Of a stretch of 64,000 nt of DNA, positions 30,356 to 41,217 are shown in pieces. Origin of the DNA: Nitrospinaceae bacterium. Its GTDB lineage: Bacteria; Nitrospinota; Nitrospinia; Nitrospinales; Nitrospinaceae. The position numbers and the translations under genes were made by a program. How positions within the stretch are numbered: the first letter of the stretch is position 1; every line of letters begins with the position of its first letter. The DNA is taken from the NCBI GenBank assembly GCA_965223665.1, contig OZ245011.1, positions 3,680,001-3,744,000 on the forward strand, read 5' to 3'. Under the pieces are notes generated by a model, which was given only the letters and a program-made list of their open reading frames with translations, was not told where the DNA came from and made no database searches.

Positions 30356-31713
30356 CTTTTTTCCAGCGTCCGAGAGGCCTTGCTTGATAGGGAGGACTCG
30401 AGTTTTTTGTCCATATGAATAGATAAAAGCATACCCTCAATTGCAGGAATAACATCGCTTACTATTATTTTTTCACCGGAATGAAGTCCTGTTTGAATGG
30501 AAACTAAGTCCTCCTGAAAAAAACCAATTTGTACCTTCCTTTTTTCTAATCTATTTTCTTGATTGACAATATAAACTAAATTTTGGTGAAGGGCGGATCG
30601 AGGAATTATTATACTTTTGGGCTGAGGTTTTCCATAAAGCTCTACCTCACAATAATTATTTTTTTGTAAGGGGGGCCGTTTTCCAGGTTTCGTTTTTAGA
30701 AAAGGGTCATCCACAGCGACAACAATTCCAATGGTTCCTGTTTTGGGATCTGTTTCAGTAAATCTCAAAAACCGAGCTTTCCACTCTACGGATTTAGAGT
30801 TTATTTCAAGACGAACAATGGCATTTAAGTCAAAAAAATTTTTCGCATCACCTCTAGTGATATTCCGGAAAGCTTCCAAATCGAGGGATTGAGGAGAATC
30901 TTTTGGAATAAGATTTCTTAGTTTGTATCGAGGAATTTGCGCTTCAATTTCCGCGGTTTTAATGCTATCTGTCACCGCCAGTATTTGGCCCACAGTGGCA
31001 GCTTGACCCAGTTCTACATTTACTTGTGAAATTCGACTATCAAAAGGAACTGTGATTATAGTTTTATCAAGGTTAATATTTGCATTCGCTAATCTGGATT
31101 GGGAAGCTTTAAGGTTGGCCAAAAGAGCTTGGCGTTCGGAAGGTATTCTATTGATAGTGCTTAAATAATTTTCAACACTGTTTTTTTGAATTAATACTCT
31201 TTGTTTTTCCAGATCGAGGTCAGATTTAGAAACTACGCCTTCTTTAAATAGTTTTTTCTTTCTATCAAGCTCGTTTTGATTAATATTCAGTGAGCTTCGT
31301 TCAATTTCAAGTTGCCGCTTAGTGTCAGTTAAATTTTGCTCCAATTTTGCAATTTGTGCTTTGATATTTAATATTTCAGCTTGAATTTCTTCTATGGCTA
31401 ATCGACTGGGATTTGCCTCAATCCGAAAAAGTATTTCTCCTTTTTTAAGGAAAACACCCTTTTTCAAATTGGGGTGCATTTCCACGATTTTTCCACCAAT
31501 TTCCGCCACAGCTTCCCAGATTTTGTCGGGTTGTACATATCCATATCCAACGGCGCGCGGAATGAAATTAATTTCAGATAAAGTTATTACTCGAACAGCC
31601 TTAGCTCGTTCAGTTACTTTTGTTCTTTTTGGTGGTTCCTTGGCTTTTACTAATATAACTAGAATAGTAAGGCCTAAAATGAGTCCTGGAAGAATTAAAA
31701 GCTTTTTGCCCAT
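30352..31713 (-). CDS. RND periplasmic adaptor (membrane fusion protein)
   Basis: N-terminal TM, AEIGGKI lipoyl half, long coiled coil, ITVPFDSRI, IIPRSAL; overlaps the RND gene. Confidence 0.92.
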   Translation of the reverse strand: MGKKLLILPGLILGLTILVILVKAKEPPKRTKVTERAKAVRVITLSEINFIPRAVGYGYVQPDKIWEAVAEIGGKIVEMHPNLKKGVFLKKGEILFRIEANPSRLAIEEIQAEILNIKAQIAKLEQNLTDTKRQLEIERSSLNINQNELDRKKKLFKEGVVSKSDLDLEKQRVLIQKNSVENYLSTINRIPSERQALLANLKASQSRLANANINLDKTIITVPFDSRISQVNVELGQAATVGQILAVTDSIKTAEIEAQIPRYKLRNLIPKDSPQSLDLEAFRNITRGDAKNFFDLNAIVRLEINSKSVEWKARFLRFTETDPKTGTIGIVVAVDDPFLKTKPGKRPPLQKNNYCEVELYGKPQPKSIIIPRSALHQNLVYIVNQENRLEKRKVQIGFFQEDLVSIQTGLHSGEKIIVSDVIPAIEGMLLSIHMDKKLESSLSSKASRTLEKR

Positions 31714-31903
31714 TATTTACCAAATATGAAAATAGCTGATTTAATTTTGCTCTTAATTGATTTTATAACAAATTTAGGAGAGAACCTAGTTGGTTGGCGT
31801 TTTTTCCAATAATAAAGGTTGGGTGAAAATGGACAAATAATTGGTTCAGGCGATATTAGTAAGGAACATGGGGATATGACTGTTTAGTATATGTTGAATA
31901 AGT

Positions 31904-32725
31904 TTAACGGATGAAATTTGTAGCCATTTTTTTATTGGTTAGATTTCCCCTGTCAACTAACTTATTGCAAGAGGACCGCTTAGAATTCGGATAATAAAAA
32001 TCTACAAGAGGTTCTTTGATACGAGAAATACATTCAGTGCCAAAGTGTTGAATAATCCTTTCTACAAGGTGAAGGTCATTATGGCGTCTATAAGGAGCGC
32101 GAGGTTTTTGTCGAATATTAATTTGCTCGCGTTGAGGATGAATTGTGCTCCATAGATATCCAAGCGATTTAAAAACAGAGGCTCGGTGCATTATTTCATT
32201 TGTGTCGATATAGACTTCGGAACCAAATTTATCCAGGTCTAGTTTTGAATAGGAAAAAATAGCCCAATCTTCTCCATAGGAGATTAGGTTTCTATTATCA
32301 TGGTCAATAATGGAATTTACCATTCCCTTTGGGTAATGGTTTATTGAATTGCAATGAACTAATTGAGTATATTGATTTTGATCGAGTACTTGAGATAGGG
32401 TTTCTAAAAACTTGGGTTTCCAGGTATTATCAGAATCAAGATACGCTATATACTTTCCTTTGGAAATTTTCAATCCATCATTCCTGGGTTCCCATTCGAT
32501 GATCCCCCCGCGACTTTGATATTGATTAGAAACTATATTTATTCTTGGATCTATTTTAGAGTAGAATGTCATGATCTCAATTGTCTTGTCATTTGAACCA
32601 TCGTTTACCAAGATTAGTTCAAAGTCAGAGAAGGTTTGGGTTAAAACGCTTTCTATGGCATCGGGAAGAACAGATTCCCGATTGTAGGCCGGAATGATAA
32701 TGCTTATAAGGGGAGAAGGATTCAT
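31904..32725 (-). CDS. Glycosyltransferase family 2
   Basis: ISIIIPAYNR, LVNDGSND, RNDGL...GKYIAYLDSDN. Confidence 0.92.
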   Translation of the reverse strand: MNPSPLISIIIPAYNRESVLPDAIESVLTQTFSDFELILVNDGSNDKTIEIMTFYSKIDPRINIVSNQYQSRGGIIEWEPRNDGLKISKGKYIAYLDSDNTWKPKFLETLSQVLDQNQYTQLVHCNSINHYPKGMVNSIIDHDNRNLISYGEDWAIFSYSKLDLDKFGSEVYIDTNEIMHRASVFKSLGYLWSTIHPQREQINIRQKPRAPYRRHNDLHLVERIIQHFGTECISRIKEPLVDFYYPNSKRSSCNKLVDRGNLTNKKMATNFIR

Positions 32726-32916
32726 GAAAGTAAAATATCGATGTGAAAAAAATAATCTCTAGCTAAAAGGTTAATTACTTTATGAATTGGAATCAATATA
32801 AATGTAGTTATAAGAAATTTGAAAATTCTCGGCGTGGAATCGGCTTTTCTTGTTTTATGTTTACTCTAGTGTTAACTTATATAAATACGTATTGTTGAAA
32901 TTAAGTTGAGTAGAGG

Positions 32917-33666
32917 ATGACATCAGACCCCTATCAGGCCATTTTTCAAAATAGAGGAGAAATTTATCATCAGGCCATGTTGAACTGTCCGTTTGCAAGG
33001 CAAACTGAGTTTGAAAATATGATTTCTCTTGCGGATATAAAAGACGGACACCGAGTTTGTGATGTGCCTTCCGGGGGTGGTTACATTCAGAATTTTGTTT
33101 CTAGGAAAATCGATTTAATCTGCGTTGATTCTTCATTTCAGTTTATTCAAAATAAAAATTCACCAAATTTAAAAAAGATATTGGGAAGTTTAGAGTCTTT
33201 GCCTTTGAAGGGCTCAAGCCTGGACCGTGTTCTTAGCTTGGCCGGTTTGCACCATTTTGATGATAAGCTTAAGATTTTCCAGGAAATCCTTAGGGTTTTG
33301 AGGCCTGGTGGAAAGTTTTGTATTGCTGATGTTAGTGAATTTTCTTCTACGGCAGAATTTCTAAATGTCTTTGTCGATAAGCATAATTCCATGGGGCATA
33401 AAGGGGTTTTTTTTGATGATTCGACTAAAGAGCAACTTAATTCACTTGGATTTAAACTCTTTGAAGCTAAATGTAAGAAATTTTTTTGGAAGTTTTCCTC
33501 TCTGGAAATGATGACTGATTTTTGCCGGAATTTATTCGGAATTGATAAAATTGATAACAAAGGAATTCTTAAGGGTATTGATCATTATTTGGGGGTTTTC
33601 AGAAGCAATGGTTCTTATTGCATGAATTGGGAACTAATGTATTTGGCCGGGATAAAAAATGATTAA
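32917..33666 (+). CDS. Class I SAM-dependent methyltransferase
   Basis: VCDVPSGGGY motif I, LAGLHH, RVLRPGG. Confidence 0.88.
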   Translation: MTSDPYQAIFQNRGEIYHQAMLNCPFARQTEFENMISLADIKDGHRVCDVPSGGGYIQNFVSRKIDLICVDSSFQFIQNKNSPNLKKILGSLESLPLKGSSLDRVLSLAGLHHFDDKLKIFQEILRVLRPGGKFCIADVSEFSSTAEFLNVFVDKHNSMGHKGVFFDDSTKEQLNSLGFKLFEAKCKKFFWKFSSLEMMTDFCRNLFGIDKIDNKGILKGIDHYLGVFRSNGSYCMNWELMYLAGIKND

Positions 33667-33710
33667 TTTAATTAATACATTCTAGAAGTATTGAGGAGAA
33701 AAAAAACTGA

Positions 33711-35096
33711 GTGAATTGGCGTAATATAGCTTATAGAATTTTTAAGAAACTGCAGGATCCAAGTTATTTTAATTGGGAAATCATTTGTGCGAAACTGGAG
33801 CAACATTCTAAAGATCCCTCACAAAAATATTTAGTAGAACTCCTAAAGTTTGCCAGACAAAAGGTTCCTTATTACAACGAAACCATAAATGAAGAATTTA
33901 GGAATTTTGAAAACCTTCAAGATATTCCTTTTTTAAATAAAGAAAAGATTAGTAAAAACTTTGATAGATTGAAATCTTTGGATATGAATTTAAGTTTAAC
34001 CTATGAAGCGCACTCTGGAGGTTCAACCGGAGAGCCGCAGCTTTATGTGCAAGATAAAGAATATTCTTCATGGGGCTTGGCTACAGAAAACTTTTATTAT
34101 AGAAACTTTCTGAAATTTGATCCTAATTTGGTTCCTAAAGTATTTTTGTGGGGGGCTCGCGAGGATTTATTAAAAACTAAAAGTTGGAAAAGTAAAATTG
34201 GGCAGTCACTCCAGCAGGTAAAATTTCTCAATTCTTACGCAATGACGCCAGAATTATGCCATAAGTATGTAAGGCAAATTAATCAGCATAGACCCTATTA
34301 TATACGGGGATATTCGCATTCAATTTTTTTGTTGGCACAATTTATTAAAGAAAACCATTTGAGAGTGTTTTCTCCTCATTGCATTATCTCTTCTGCAGAA
34401 AAAATGCATGGTTTTATGCGAAAAATAATTCAAGATGTATTTGCTTGTCCAGTTTATGATTATTATGGTTCTAGAGAAGTGGGTGCTATAGCTGGAGAAT
34501 GTTATGAGGGAAAACTTCATGTATTTTCTTTTAATAACTGGGTTGAGATAGTTGATGAGGAGGGAAAATTGGCCCGACCTGGAGAAGGAGGTAAGGTAGT
34601 TATAACCAACCTCCATAACTTTTCAATGCCACTCATTAGATATGAAATAGGCGATACTGCAATCCAAGGCTATCCTTGTTCTTGTGAGAGTAAATTGCCA
34701 ACTATTGAAGAAGTTTCAGGGAGAACTTCGGATCATTTTATTACTTCTAGTGGTAAGATGATTAGTGGCTTGTTTTTTGCGTTAATATGTAGAACTGAAT
34801 GGATGAAACATTATCAAGTAATTCAGACGAAAATAAACTCTATAAAAATACTATATATCCCCAACCGAAAACTTCAAAAACATGATTTTAAAGATGTTAC
34901 CCAAAAAATCCAACAGGTAATGGGAAGGGATTGTGAAATAATATGGGAAGTGGTTGATGCGATTCCCTTATCTCCAAATGGAAAACTTCTTTTAACTAAA
35001 AGTTTAGTGGCCTCAAATAAGTTTTTACAAAGCAATCTTCCAACCATAGATAAATTACAACCGGAAAATTCGGGTTGTGAAATTGAAGGCAGTTAA
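33711..35096 (+). CDS. Phenylacetate-CoA ligase / CapK-like adenylate-forming enzyme (copy 1)
   Basis: HSGGSTGEP, YYGSREVG, MPLIRYEIGD, GRTSD, NGK; GTG start. Confidence 0.88.
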   Translation: MNWRNIAYRIFKKLQDPSYFNWEIICAKLEQHSKDPSQKYLVELLKFARQKVPYYNETINEEFRNFENLQDIPFLNKEKISKNFDRLKSLDMNLSLTYEAHSGGSTGEPQLYVQDKEYSSWGLATENFYYRNFLKFDPNLVPKVFLWGAREDLLKTKSWKSKIGQSLQQVKFLNSYAMTPELCHKYVRQINQHRPYYIRGYSHSIFLLAQFIKENHLRVFSPHCIISSAEKMHGFMRKIIQDVFACPVYDYYGSREVGAIAGECYEGKLHVFSFNNWVEIVDEEGKLARPGEGGKVVITNLHNFSMPLIRYEIGDTAIQGYPCSCESKLPTIEEVSGRTSDHFITSSGKMISGLFFALICRTEWMKHYQVIQTKINSIKILYIPNRKLQKHDFKDVTQKIQQVMGRDCEIIWEVVDAIPLSPNGKLLLTKSLVASNKFLQSNLPTIDKLQPENSGCEIEGS

Positions 35097-35223
35097 AGCC
35101 TTCCCCTTAGCTTTCTAAGTTGTAAAATTGATTTCATGTTTTGTAAGGCTACTAAATGTTAAAGTGAACATGTGTTACGAGAATTGCGCAGATTGAAACC
35201 CCTTGGTATGGAAGGAATTTCTG

Positions 35224-36720
35224 ATGAGAAAATGTATGTTTAAACTGAATGGTTTTCTAATTTTTTCTTTTTTACTTTTTTTATTACTGCCTGCAACCTC
35301 ATTTTCCGGATTTGGTTTTAATTTTGGGGGTGAAGAAAAAGCACCTGCAAGTTACTTTGTCGATGTAAAGGATTTTGGAGCAAAGGGTGATGGAAAGACC
35401 GATGATACTTTAGCCATTCAGGCAGCTATAGATTCACTTTGTGAAAATGAAATTGGGGGAGGGACGGTTTATTTCCCACCTGGACAATATCTGATTTTAG
35501 GCCAACCAGGACCTATGGATTCCTATCAGGGAAAAGTAATGAAAAATGGGATCATGATAAAAGATATTGATAAGTCAATTGCCAGGCCTACCGGTAATAA
35601 GGGTAATCACAGGATTACACTTCGAGGATCTGGAAAAGCCAGCGTTTTAAAAGGGGGATCAAAAAATTTAATAATAATAAGAGTCTCCACTAGTTTTGTC
35701 ACTATTAAAGACCTTACGATCAACGGAGGAGCAAATTATAAAGATTTTGGAAATGGGGTTGTTGGAATGGCATTTGTTCCGGAAAACATGCAGGATGCCC
35801 TGACCCATTCGAAAGTAAATTATAATGTAGTGGAAAATGTTCATATTGGAAATACCCAAGAAGGTATTTTAATGATTTGTGGGCCTGATGGTACCGGATG
35901 GCAAAGTTCTTGTTATTGGAATTCCTTTTCAAACATTTATTTGAGATTTATGACTCGAGGAATTTACTTAGCGAGTGGAGTGAAAGGTTCACCCAGTAAT
36001 AATAGAAATTATTTTGAAAACATAATTATGAACTTTATGAATGTTGGGTTGCATATTGAAAGCGGGGATACCAATACCTGTATTCATTGTGCGATAAATG
36101 ACATTTTTTTAGAGGAAACTCCTTACACAGGAAAGGTTCCGCGAGAAGTCCCCACCGCCATTGTAATTGATGAATTTGATAAGTGGGGACTCCGGTACAG
36201 CCAAAAAAATCGATTTTATAATCTTCCCTTTGAGGGAAATAAAAGGGATATTGAAAATGCAAATCCACGGACCGAATTTTTTGGAATCAATGCCAGTCTC
36301 AAGAAGGGTTTTAATTTGTGGAAAACACCGCCAAAGGTTTATTTTGGAAATGGACAGTTTTTAAACCACGCTGGACTTTTTATCGGAAAAAAAGATATGC
36401 TTCCCGAACCGAGTGTTGCTTTGGGGATTGAATCCAAAAGGCAAGGTTTTTTACCGCCAAGAATGACATTCAAAGAACGCAATAGGATCAAATCTCCTTT
36501 ACAAGGTTTGATGATTTATAATACTTCATCTAAGTCAATTAATGTATTTGATGGGAAAGCTTGGGCCGATACTAAGGATTCAATGATGTCGTTTCCGGTA
36601 TTAACATCTAAAAAAAGAGATCAATTAAAAGCTCCCAAGAGAGGAGCAATAATCATTAATGAGAGTACGAATAAATTAAATTATTTTGATGGAAAAAAGT
36701 GGAAAGAATTGTCTCAATAG
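35224..36720 (+). CDS. Secreted right-handed beta-helix (pectate-lyase-3-like) protein, paralog 1, with two C-terminal modules
   Basis: Signal peptide; VDVKDFGAKGDGKTDDTLAIQAAI, GGTVYFPPGQY; C-terminal GFLPPRMT..GLMIYNT..FDGKAW module duplicated. ATG at 35224 follows GGAAGGA. Confidence 0.85.
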   Translation: MRKCMFKLNGFLIFSFLLFLLLPATSFSGFGFNFGGEEKAPASYFVDVKDFGAKGDGKTDDTLAIQAAIDSLCENEIGGGTVYFPPGQYLILGQPGPMDSYQGKVMKNGIMIKDIDKSIARPTGNKGNHRITLRGSGKASVLKGGSKNLIIIRVSTSFVTIKDLTINGGANYKDFGNGVVGMAFVPENMQDALTHSKVNYNVVENVHIGNTQEGILMICGPDGTGWQSSCYWNSFSNIYLRFMTRGIYLASGVKGSPSNNRNYFENIIMNFMNVGLHIESGDTNTCIHCAINDIFLEETPYTGKVPREVPTAIVIDEFDKWGLRYSQKNRFYNLPFEGNKRDIENANPRTEFFGINASLKKGFNLWKTPPKVYFGNGQFLNHAGLFIGKKDMLPEPSVALGIESKRQGFLPPRMTFKERNRIKSPLQGLMIYNTSSKSINVFDGKAWADTKDSMMSFPVLTSKKRDQLKAPKRGAIIINESTNKLNYFDGKKWKELSQ

Positions 36721-36817
36721 AAATATTATCCTAAAAATAATTTGAGAATATTCAATAAGATCTCTCAAGGAAACTATTTAAATCAATCTTATATATTTTG
36801 GATGCTGAATTGGCCTA

Positions 36818-36982
36818 TCATGTATTTGGAATGCCGGCTGTAACGAATAGGGATGTCTTGAATAATGTGTGAAACCCGATTTCGTTCATTATAATGGATA
36901 GAAGCACTCCAATTCCCAGGTTTATCAATAACTGAGTTATGGAAAGCTGTACTTCGCCTGTTAACTTTAACTGCTCAAGCAA
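36818..36982 (-). pseudogene. Short hydrophobic ORF, possibly an N-terminal remnant of a membrane protein (DUF4956-like)
   Basis: TTG start after AAGGGA; LLEQLKLTGEVQLSITQLLINLGIGVLLSIIM...; 54 aa. Family resemblance is from memory only. Confidence 0.25.
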
Positions 36983-37248
36983 TGTTTGTCCCTTCCGTTT
37001 TGTTTTGACTCCTGTGAAAATTGGTAAGAAAACGTTTAATAAAATATATGATAAAGTTTTGAGTCGTGCTTAATAAATAAAATAATTAATAAAGACAAGC
37101 GACTATTTCCATTTTATAAAACTTTTCCAAGTGTTATTTGTGTGAGTAAGAAAATATACGGAAGGAGTTTAACAGGTTTAGAAAGTGGCAACTATATTTT
37201 TACGTCAAAAATGGAATAGAAAAATTATGGTTTTATAGAGCGGCATGA

Positions 37249-37280
37249 AAAAGGCTCCATTTAGAGGTATGGAGCCTTTT
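37249..37280. terminator. Bidirectional rho-independent terminator after msrAB
   Basis: AAAAGGCTCCAT-TTAGAGGT-ATGGAGCCTTTT. Confidence 0.8.
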
Positions 37281-37287
37281 CTAAAAT

Positions 37288-38424
37288 TTAGGAAAAATGG
37301 GGGAGAAATTTTTCGTAACCTTCTTTGGTTAAATTTTCAAGAGGAATAAACCTTAATGAAGCAGAATTAATACAATACCTTAAGCCAGTAGGAGCTGGGC
37401 CATCGTTAAATACGTGTCCTAGATGAGAATCACCCCATTTAGATCTTACCTCAGTTCTTTTCATAAAAAAGCTATTATCAACTTTGGTAACTATATTTTC
37501 AGCGACTAAAGGTTTAGTGAATGAGGGCCAGCCTGTCCCGGATTTAAATTTATCTTTTGAGCTGAATAGAGGTTCTCCGGAAACGATATCCACATAAATG
37601 CCTTTTCTTTTATTATCCCAATATTCATTTTCAAAAGGCCGTTCTGTACCATTTTTTTGGGTCACTTTATATTGAAGAGGAGTTAAGCTTTTTTTAAGTT
37701 GATCATCAGAAGGTTTCGAATATTTTTGGGAAACATTTTCCATTGATATTTTCATTGGTTTAAAGATTTTTTCATCCCCCCAGGTTTTATCAATAAATTG
37801 ATCTCTTCCTGATCGGTAACGATAATATTTGTATCGAACCGGATTTTTTTTGTAATAATCTTGATGATAATCTTCTGCAGGGTAAAACTCTTTTGCCTGT
37901 ACAATTTTTGTCACGATTTTTTTCTTAAAACGGTTACTATTTTGTAACTTATCTTTAGAAGCTTCTGCAATTTCCTTCTGATTTTGATTGTGGAAAAAAA
38001 TGGCTGTTTTGTAAGAGTCTCCTTGATCCACGAACTGACCACCTGGATCAGTAGGGTCGATATTTCTCCAATAGACTTCTAGTAAATCCATATAAGAAAC
38101 TTTTGAGGAGTCATAATGAATTTGAACAGCCTCTACATGACCAGTTGATTTATAAGATACTTCTTTGTAAGTGGGGTTTTTGGTGTGTCCGCCAGTGTAT
38201 CCGGAAATCACTTTATGGACACCATCCAATTTCTCAAAGGGGGGTTCCATGCACCAAAAACATCCTCCTGCGAAAGTAGCTTTTTCAAGTTTCATTTTGG
38301 AAATAGTATCCATGTTCTCAACCTGCCCAATATTTTTTGATGAAGCACCCAGGTTTGTCAATGAAATCAGGAATATTACCAGAGTACCGACAATAATTGT
38401 GAAAGGTAAATAACGGCTATTCAT
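37288..38424 (-). CDS. msrAB: Exported bifunctional peptide methionine sulfoxide reductase MsrA-MsrB
   Basis: N-terminal signal/[10 protein letters not shown] (MsrA), [31 protein letters not shown] (MsrB). Confidence 0.96.
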   Translation of the reverse strand: MNSRYLPFTIIVGTLVIFLISLTNLGASSKNIGQVENMDTISKMKLEKATFAGGCFWCMEPPFEKLDGVHKVISGYTGGHTKNPTYKEVSYKSTGHVEAVQIHYDSSKVSYMDLLEVYWRNIDPTDPGGQFVDQGDSYKTAIFFHNQNQKEIAEASKDKLQNSNRFKKKIVTKIVQAKEFYPAEDYHQDYYKKNPVRYKYYRYRSGRDQFIDKTWGDEKIFKPMKISMENVSQKYSKPSDDQLKKSLTPLQYKVTQKNGTERPFENEYWDNKRKGIYVDIVSGEPLFSSKDKFKSGTGWPSFTKPLVAENIVTKVDNSFFMKRTEVRSKWGDSHLGHVFNDGPAPTGLRYCINSASLRFIPLENLTKEGYEKFLPHFS

Positions 38425-39190
38425 GGTTTACCTCTAAATAAGTTAAAAGTTACTATTTAAGTTTGCGAATATTTTTTAATTCTGCTGATAAGTCGTATGA
38501 AATTCCAGGGCCTTACAGAAGGAGATTTAGTTGCGCAGCAAAATGAAGAAAAAAGCATCAATTTTTGAACTAAATTTCCTTGATTTCCCTTAAGCAACTA
38601 TTTCGTTAGAAACCCTGGATAATAATTAACTAAACAAATAATTTGTAAGTAAATTCTACCTTTACTTATATGAAATCAATAATTAATTCGTTTTAAGGAT
38701 GGAAGGATTAGAATTATATGTTTTTTGGAAAATATTATTAGTTTGAATGATTATATATTTATACAAATGGAAGGACAGTTGTGTTTATTGATAAGAAAAA
38801 AATAACAAGCTTATTTTCAAAGTCTTCAACATTATTATCCGGTTAGTTTAATAATTAAATTAAAATATTCATAAAAATTTTTGTAATCAAATATTAGATA
38901 AAATGGGATAAAGGTTTAACAATTAATTTGTTCGCTCAGTGGTATTATAAAAAAACTTTTTTTAATTTAATTGATAGGATGTTTAAAAAAAGTAATACTT
39001 TAATGACTTTTGTATAGCTGATTAGTTTGAATTTGAATATAATTGAAAGTCGAATTTCTTGGTTTTTTTTAATATATTGTTTGTCTTTACTTTTATTTAG
39101 GTATTGAGTTTTTACTTTGTAATAAAAGTCGAATTAGAGGATTTTGCAAGGTTCTATTCCAATTGTGAGTTAAAGAATAACAAGTCAATT

Positions 39191-40531
39191 ATGAAATTAA
39201 AAACCCATTTATATTATTTTTTAAGAAACAATTTTATTTTTAAAAATTGGAAAAAATTTTTTGATGAAATTTGGGATAATTATCCCTCGTCAAAAGAACC
39301 AATTCGCCGTTTATTGAAACATGCGCGTGAAAATTCGCCCTATTACAAAAATATAATTCCTTTAAGAGAAGACCTTGATGAGTGGCTTTCTGAAGCCCCA
39401 ATATTGACTAAAGAAATTTTAATAAAAAACTTTGAACAAATAAAATCCTCTGATTACCAGCAACGATCTTGGTATTTAAATAGCACTAGCGGTTCTACAG
39501 GTAAACCCGTCAATTTTATTCAGGATAAAGATTATAATGAGTGGCTTATTGCTTCAGAAAATTATTATTATAAAAAATATCTAGGGTTTGATTATGCTGA
39601 CACTCCCAAAATTATTATTTGGGGCTCATCCCGTGATTCGAAAAAAATGTCTTTTTTAAAGGCTAAATTGGGAAATTATTTAAGTAACACTAGTTTTCTG
39701 GATCCATTAGAAATTTCTGCGCAAAATTGGGATGATTATGTCAATGCAATAAACCACAAAAAACCGATATTTATTAGGGGATTTGCCAGTATTTTATTTT
39801 TATTGGCGAACCATATTAAGGAAAAGAAACTAAAAATACACAGTCCCAAATATGTTGCCACCTCTGCAGAAACTTTAAAACCGTTTATGCGTGAAGTAAT
39901 TGAAGAAGTATTTAACTGTCCTGTTTATGATTATTATGGTAGCAGAGAAGTTGGAATAATTGCTGCCGAATGCTCAAGGGGTAAAATGCATACCTTCCCG
40001 TTTTTTAATTATGTTGAAGTCGTGGATATTGAAGGCAAACCCGTTCGCCCAGGCGAAGAGGGTAATTTACTTATAACGAATTTAAGGAACTATTCTATGC
40101 CTATTATTCGTTATGAAATTGGGGATACAGCTATATTGGGTGATACTTGTGAGTGCGGAGGCAGTACCCCTGTTCTGGAAAAAATTACGGGACGAATTAC
40201 CGATCATTTTATAACAAAAGAGGGCTCCATTGTTCATGGTCTGTATTTTGCCAGGATGTTTTATTTTAGTAAGTGGGTAGGAGAGTTTCAAATTTTGCAA
40301 AAGGATTATGAGTTTTTAGAAATTTATTATGTTCCAAAAGATGAACCCCCGGAAGAAGAAATTGAAAATATTAATTTCAAGATTAAAGAAAAAATGGGTG
40401 AAAATTGCCGCATAGATTGGATAAAAACTGAAAGTGTTCCTCGAACTTCAGAAGGGAAATGGTTATTTACCCGAAGTGAACTATATCGCCGGGGAGCAAA
40501 TATTTCTCCTGCCACCGGAATTGACGTTTGA
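39191..40531 (+). CDS. Phenylacetate-CoA ligase / CapK-like adenylate-forming enzyme (copy 2)
   Basis: STSGSTGKP, YYGSREVG, MPIIRYEIGD, GRITDHF, EGK. ATG at 39191 preferred over TTG at 39104. Confidence 0.88.
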   Translation: MKLKTHLYYFLRNNFIFKNWKKFFDEIWDNYPSSKEPIRRLLKHARENSPYYKNIIPLREDLDEWLSEAPILTKEILIKNFEQIKSSDYQQRSWYLNSTSGSTGKPVNFIQDKDYNEWLIASENYYYKKYLGFDYADTPKIIIWGSSRDSKKMSFLKAKLGNYLSNTSFLDPLEISAQNWDDYVNAINHKKPIFIRGFASILFLLANHIKEKKLKIHSPKYVATSAETLKPFMREVIEEVFNCPVYDYYGSREVGIIAAECSRGKMHTFPFFNYVEVVDIEGKPVRPGEEGNLLITNLRNYSMPIIRYEIGDTAILGDTCECGGSTPVLEKITGRITDHFITKEGSIVHGLYFARMFYFSKWVGEFQILQKDYEFLEIYYVPKDEPPEEEIENINFKIKEKMGENCRIDWIKTESVPRTSEGKWLFTRSELYRRGANISPATGIDV

Positions 40532-40791
40532 TATCATTCTTTGTTTATTAGAATAAAACTTATTATTTGTTTTACGATACGCCTCGAAAAAGTTTTATTT
40601 TTATCGCCTTTTCTATTATTTACTTGAAAGCTTTATTATTACCTTTTAAGTAAATCAGAATTTCTTTCAAAAACTTTGAATTTCTTGTATTTAAAGATAT
40701 TGTTTAAGCCCTGTACAAGGCCTTAATAATTGATATAATTAGCTGAACAAACTGGTTAAATCGAATTATTAATTTATTGGGGGAAGAAAAA

Positions 40792-41052
40792 ATGAGATTT
40801 TTAGCCATATTGAGTTTGTTAGGTTTAATTGCTTGCACTCACACATATCCACCTAAGGAAGACCCGGTTAATTTGGTGGTAAGCTCTGCGCAATCCATTG
40901 AGTATAAACTAGGATTTAAGCATGGTTGTGATAGTGCTTTGGCAAACTCTGGAGAAGTAAATTATAAATTTGTAAAGGATATCAGTCTTTATTCCACAAG
41001 TAATGACTATACTAACGGTTGGAATGCTGGGGAAGATAGTTGTAAAAAGTAA
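40792..41052 (+). CDS. Small lipoprotein
   Basis: MRFLAILSLLGLIAC lipobox; YKLGFKHGCDS...YTNGWNAGEDSC pattern; GGGGGA RBS. Confidence 0.75.
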   Translation: MRFLAILSLLGLIACTHTYPPKEDPVNLVVSSAQSIEYKLGFKHGCDSALANSGEVNYKFVKDISLYSTSNDYTNGWNAGEDSCKK

Positions 41053-41217
41053 TTACTATTTGAATTAATTTTTTATTTATTTTGGGTTTACTTAATAGGG
41101 TATTTTAACCGAAGTTTTGATCTTTTTGGGAAAACGGTTAATTTAGATCAAAAATTGGCTGAAAGCTTTACCTGTAAAAGTTGAAATTGAATATTATAAA
41201 AAATTATCTTTCTTACA

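Noticed and set aside
33711-40531. Phenylacetate catabolism (paaK)
   Set aside because: No paa ring-oxidation genes are present, and the glycosyltransferase context fits CapK-like polysaccharide enzymes better.
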